Shown: positions 55,510 through 64,000 of the stretch, piece after piece
How the letters are laid out: every line of letters starts with the position of its first letter
Position numbering within the stretch: the first letter of the stretch is position 1
From: Escherichia coli
GTDB taxonomy: Bacteria > Pseudomonadota > Gammaproteobacteria > Enterobacterales > Enterobacteriaceae
Assembly: GCF_048403405.1 (NCBI RefSeq)
Contig: NZ_CP183129.1
Reading direction: 5' to 3' (one strand)
Length of the DNA stretch: 64,000 nucleotides
Translations under genes and position numbers: made by a program
Notes under the pieces: model-generated
The model's database searches: none
Seen by the model: only the letters and a program-made list of their open reading frames with translations
What the model was told of the DNA's origin: nothing

Positions 55510-59202
<3,693 letters not shown>

Positions 59203-59228
<26 letters not shown>

Positions 59229-59748
59229 TCAGCAACCCCGGTATCAGTTCATCCAGCGCGGCTGCTTTGTTCATGGCTTTGATGATATCCCGTTTCAGGA
59301 AATCAACATGTCGGTTTTCCAGTTCCGGAAAACGCCGCTGCACCGACAGGGGGATCCCGTCGAGAATACTGGCAATTTCACCTGCGATCCGCGACAGCAC
59401 GAAAGTACAGAATGCGGTTTCCACCACTTCAGCGGAGTCTCTGGCATTTTTCAGCTCCTGTGCGTCGGCCTGCGCACGCGTAAGTCGATGGCGTTCGTAC
59501 TCAATAGTCCCTGGCTGGAGATCTGTCTCGCTGGCCTGCCGCAGTTCTTCAACTTCCCGGCGCAGCTTTTCGTTCTCAATTTCAGCATCCCTTTCGGCAT
59601 ACCATTTTATGACGGCGGCAGAGTCATAAAGCACCTCATTACCCTTGCCACCGCCTCGCAGAACGGGCATTCCCTGTTCCTGCCAGTTCTGAATGGTACG
59701 GATACTCGCACCGAAAATGTCAGCCAGCTGCTTTTTGTTGACTTCCAT
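59203..59748 (-). CDS. Nu1: terminase small subunit Nu1
   Basis: 181 aa MEVNKKQLADIFGASIRTIQNWQEQGMPVLRGGGKGNEVLYD... Confidence 0.95.
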
Positions 59749-59849
59749 TGTTCATTCCACGGACAAAAACAGAGAAAGGAAACGACAGAGGCCAAAAAGC
59801 TCGCTTTCAGCACCTGTCGTTTCCTTTCTTTTCAGAGGGTATTTTAAAT

Positions 59850-59960
59850 AAAAACATTAAGTTATGACGAAGAAGAACGGAAACGCCTTAAACCGGAAAA
59901 TTTTCATAAATAGCGAAAACCCGCGAGGTCGCCGCCCCGTAACCTGTCGGATCGCCGGAA
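59850..59960 (-). other. lambda cos site (cosB-cosN-cosQ); 12-nt cohesive end at 59926-59937
   Basis: Minus strand reads ...CCGACAGGTTACG-GGGCGGCGACCT-CGCGGGTTTTCGCTATTTATGAAAATTTTCCGG...; cosN lies 189 bp from Nu1 start as in lambda. Confidence 0.9.
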
Positions 59961-60136
59961 AGGACCCGAAAAATGATAATAATTATCATCTACATATCAC
60001 AACGTGCGTGTACGCCATCAAACCACGTCAAATAATCAATTATGACGCAGGTATCGTATTAATTGATCCGCATCAACTTAACGTAAAAACAACTTCAGAC
60101 AATACAAATCAGCAACACAGAATACGGGACAACCTC

Positions 60137-60331
60137 ATGTCAACGAAGAACAGAACCCGCAGAACAACAACCCGCAACATCCGCTTTCCTAACCAAATGA
60201 TTGAACAAATTAACATCGCTCTTGATCAAAAAGGGTCCGGGAATTTCTCAGCCTGGGTCATTGAAGCCTGCCGTCGGAGACTAACGTCAGAAAAGAGAGC
60301 ATATACATCAATCAAAAGTGATGAAGAATGA
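60137..60331 (+). CDS. small basic protein, lambda right-end ORF (possible ribbon-helix-helix DNA-binding fold)
   Basis: 64 aa MSTKNRTRRTTTRNIRFPNQMIEQINIALDQKGSGNFSAWVIEACRRRL...; the 155-aa ORF-track call spans cos and is probably an over-extension. Confidence 0.55.
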   Translation: MSTKNRTRRTTTRNIRFPNQMIEQINIALDQKGSGNFSAWVIEACRRRLTSEKRAYTSIKSDEE

Positions 60332-60581
60332 ATATCCCGGTTTCTTTACCTCCCCTCCCACCCCGCACAGGACTGGCGAGCGTGTGGGACAAATATGTGA
60401 GTCATAAACGCCTTATCCTCAGAAATGCAGTTGGCATCCGAACAGGACGATATTGTAAATTCACCTAATTACGAGGCATTGCAGTAGTTGAATTGTAGTT
60501 CTGTATTAGCCTGACAGTGACAGAATGCGATATTGACTCTGTCACAGGTGAAATAGTTTGAATGGTTAGCAGTTATGGTGA

Positions 60582-60788
60582 TCAGTCAACCACCAAGGAA
60601 TAATCCTTCGAATTCTTATCGTGCTTCACCAACGCTGCCTCAATTGCCCTGAATGCTTCCAGAGACACTTGATGTTCTATACATGCAATTACAACATCCG
60701 GGTAACCCATCGAAATGGTGCTATTAAGCATAGTTTTTACACGAATCTGCTCCTGGGAGGGGGCATCAGTGTATTGATCTTTATGCAT
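60582..60788 (-). CDS. hypothetical 68-aa phage protein (lambda right-arm accessory ORF)
   Basis: [57 protein letters not shown]... Confidence 0.5.
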   Translation of the reverse strand: MHKDQYTDAPSQEQIRVKTMLNSTISMGYPDVVIACIEHQVSLEAFRAIEAALVKHDKNSKDYSLVVD

Positions 60789-61083
60789 TTTGTCGCTCCA
60801 TGCGTTTGCTCTTCACTTGCGGCTAAAAATATAACGTCAAATCACTCAGCATGAAAGAGTGAAAGTTTCAGCGCGTTTCCCTTACATAATCTGTCATTTG
60901 TATTCTCTTCAGGCATACCGGAAAGACTAGGTATTGTCACACAACCAATACCATCGACAATCGAGATTTATATCTATTCGGTAATGTTTAAATATAACAA
61001 AACCCCGTAAAAACGAGGTTTATGGGTAATTTGTATTGTTGAATAGCATCTGATGAGAAATTGATGCTAATACTATAAACATA

Positions 61084-61257
61084 CTAGATTAAATCAATCT
61101 TGATATCATAGCTTTCAAGACCAGTCATTTTTTCCCGTGCAGTAAACTGGATACTGGTAACTTCTTTCCCGGTCTTTTTCTTAAGCTCAATGATTTTTTT
61201 TGTTATATATTCAGAAATATCTGCTTCTGTTTTTGTTTTTAACTCTTCAATGTTCAT
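61084..61257 (-). CDS. GnsA/GnsB-family small protein
   Basis: 57 aa from MMNIEELKTKTEADISEYITKKIIELKKKTGKEVTSIQFTAREKMTGLESYDIKIDLI; recalled similarity to GnsB of Qin. Confidence 0.7.
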   Translation of the reverse strand: MNIEELKTKTEADISEYITKKIIELKKKTGKEVTSIQFTAREKMTGLESYDIKIDLI

Positions 61258-61429
61258 CATTTCCTCTTTTAGTCTGTTATGACTTTCCTGGTACACAGTA
61301 GTGTCAATTATATGGAGCAAACGTATAAAAGATAAGATGAAACATCGCAATAATCAACATACGACGGTCTAAATTTCACACAAACAGATAAAGATGATTA
61401 TCATTTATTATCAATGCATTAGAATCAAA

Positions 61430-61660
61430 TCAATTCAAGAGTCTCATTGCTGCTTCCAGAATTTCTTCTGAAGTTACATGTCGATCCGCTGCTACATAAA
61501 TGACTTTATGATCTCCGGTCAGAGATGGAAACCCTGCAGCCATTACAGTGAGGTGTGTTGTTTCGCCATTTGGATATTCACGCATGATGGTGTTAACTCC
61601 GGTCATCACTGGCACTACCATTGCTGGTTCAGAGTTAAAAAAAACTATTATTTTTTTCAT
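61430..61660 (-). CDS. hypothetical 76-aa protein (prophage moron region)
   Basis: From MKKIIVFFNSEPAMVVPVMTGVNTIMREYPNGETTHL...; no recognised motif. Confidence 0.45.
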   Translation of the reverse strand: MKKIIVFFNSEPAMVVPVMTGVNTIMREYPNGETTHLTVMAAGFPSLTGDHKVIYVAADRHVTSEEILEAAMRLLN

Positions 61661-61931
61661 AATGTTACCGTAATATGTGAGTATCCATCGACTAGACACT
61701 AAGCAAAAAAGCTCCCGAAGGAGCCTTCATTTTCACTTTCTTAAATCTAACGACAGACGGCTAACATTTAAGTATTGTGAAATATTATCAAATGTAATCA
61801 TCATTGATTTACAAAAGATACATTTTGCCCCGAAAGGATTCCTGTCAGAAACATCAAAAGATGATGTTCTATACTGAGAACCATGGCAACACGGGCATCT
61901 AAAGTGAATATGGTTTGTAATATTTTCTACC

Positions 61932-62144
61932 TCAAAGTGCCACTACATGAACAGCCGCGGGGCCTTTAGGTCCGTTCTCAATACCAAATTCGACTTCCTG
62001 ATTCTCAGTTAACGTTTTGAAATCGTTGCTCTGAATAGCTGAGAAATGGACAAACACATCTTTGCTACCATCTTTCGGCGTGATGAAACCAAAACCTTTT
62101 TCAGGGTTAAACCATTTCACTAAACCAGTCATTTTGTTAGACAT
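61932..62144 (-). CDS. cold-shock-domain protein (CspA family; CspI/CspB-like prophage copy)
   Basis: [38 protein letters not shown]... with RNP1 motif KGFGFI. Confidence 0.9.
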   Translation of the reverse strand: MSNKMTGLVKWFNPEKGFGFITPKDGSKDVFVHFSAIQSNDFKTLTENQEVEFGIENGPKGPAAVHVVAL

Positions 62145-62147
62145 CAT

Positions 62148-62508
62148 TATTACCTTTTGAAGAAGTTAGCCCTTGGGCAGAATGGTCCGAAAAAAAAATA
62201 TCAGAGAGAAAAACCAACAAGGAAATCTCAAGAGGTACAAATAATAAATTTATAACAATGACTGCTTCAGATAATTTTGTAACAAACCAGAACACCATTA
62301 ACGCATGATTAACCAACCATAGCAAGGATTACTTTTGTAAAGAAAAACACACGAATGAAACAATAGCTTTATTTATTAATAAAACGTGTCATTCTGTCTA
62401 ATGACCTTTTATCTTACCCTTAAGATTTCAAGGATTTTGACTCATGGAAGAGTCCTTTTTATTTAAATTTCACATTCAGCGCTAAAAATAATCCGATTTA
62501 ATATTAAT
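62148..62508 (-). promoter_or_regulatory. long AT-rich 5' leader of the csp gene
   Basis: About 360 bp non-coding AT-rich region upstream of the csp start, as typical for CspA-family mRNAs. Confidence 0.45.
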
Positions 62509-63536
<1,028 letters not shown>

Positions 63537-63643
63537 GGATATTTATCAGGATTTATCGGCTTCAAATCCCTGGATATGTTAAATCTTACCTCACCAGTGA
63601 TGGGCACTGGCGGGAGGAGGATGTCAATCTGATAAACACAGAG

Positions 63644-63910
63644 GTGACTATGGATTACACAAATCTACCAAAACAAACTTTTGCTGATTTAATCGCACTC
63701 AGGCAAGCAGTCGTAGCCCTAATCAACTTGTTGCCGGAGAAGGAAAAGGAATTAGTTAAAGCGCTTCTTAACAGAACTGCCGCCGATTTTTCATCATATC
63801 CACTGACAGATGACCTTGCGGACCTTCCTGAATTAATTGCAGCGTCCGCCATTAAGCTTACTGAAGAGATTTACCCTCCTCAAAAATCTTCACAAAATTC
63901 CTGCGAGTAA
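63644..63910 (+). CDS. hypothetical 88-aa acidic protein between endolysin and the expected holin position
   Basis: ORF followed by hairpin terminator; opposite strand to lysis genes. Confidence 0.4.
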   Translation: MTMDYTNLPKQTFADLIALRQAVVALINLLPEKEKELVKALLNRTAADFSSYPLTDDLADLPELIAASAIKLTEEIYPPQKSSQNSCE

Positions 63911-63924
63911 CTTCAATGCAATAA

Positions 63925-63960
63925 TCGTAAAACGCCGCAAACTGCTCATCGCGGCGTTTT
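63925..63960. terminator. hairpin terminator
   Basis: ACGCCGC-aaactgctcat-GCGGCGT followed by TTTTTTTTC. Confidence 0.6.
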
Positions 63961-64000
63961 TTTTCATCTTCAGAAGGAATCAGCACCGACAATTTTTTAT

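Noticed and set aside
59864-60136. N-terminal 90 codons of the 155-aa ORF-track call
   Set aside because: Spans the cos site and translates to low-complexity sequence; the real gene most likely starts at the internal ATG at 60137

Overview
The window is Escherichia coli-type chromosome, read as the reverse complement of the K-12 creABCD to prfC region, followed by about 31 kb of a lambda-like prophage that runs off the right edge. Gene identities rest on recalled protein similarity and synteny; nothing was searched against a database. Core genes in order: creD (5' part), creC, creB, creA, rob, gpmB, yjjX, trpR, slt, ettA, nadR, radA, serB, ytjB, lplA, deoD, deoB, deoA, deoC, yjjI, yjjW, yjjV, yjjU, ytjA, osmY, prfC. 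Relative to K-12 there are four departures: a ~4 kb metabolic island between ettA and nadR, an IS150 copy with a 3-bp duplication between serB and ytjB, loss of most of yjjJ, and the prophage beside prfC. The prophage carries lambda cos and near-lambda head and tail genes Nu1 to J plus lom, joined to a Rac/Qin-like lysis and moron region. An IS1 with a 9-bp target duplication sits exactly on the stop codon of tail gene U, which probably leaves the prophage tail-defective. I found no CRISPR array, rRNA or convincing tRNA. No clearly novel multi-gene system could be demonstrated from sequence alone. The best candidate for something undescribed is the prophage end at 33.0-35.7 kb, which holds a dinI-like gene behind two LexA boxes, an unlisted 37-codon hydrophobic ORF, a YdfK-like protein, an orphan serine invertase with dyad sites, and a small 3-TM protein.
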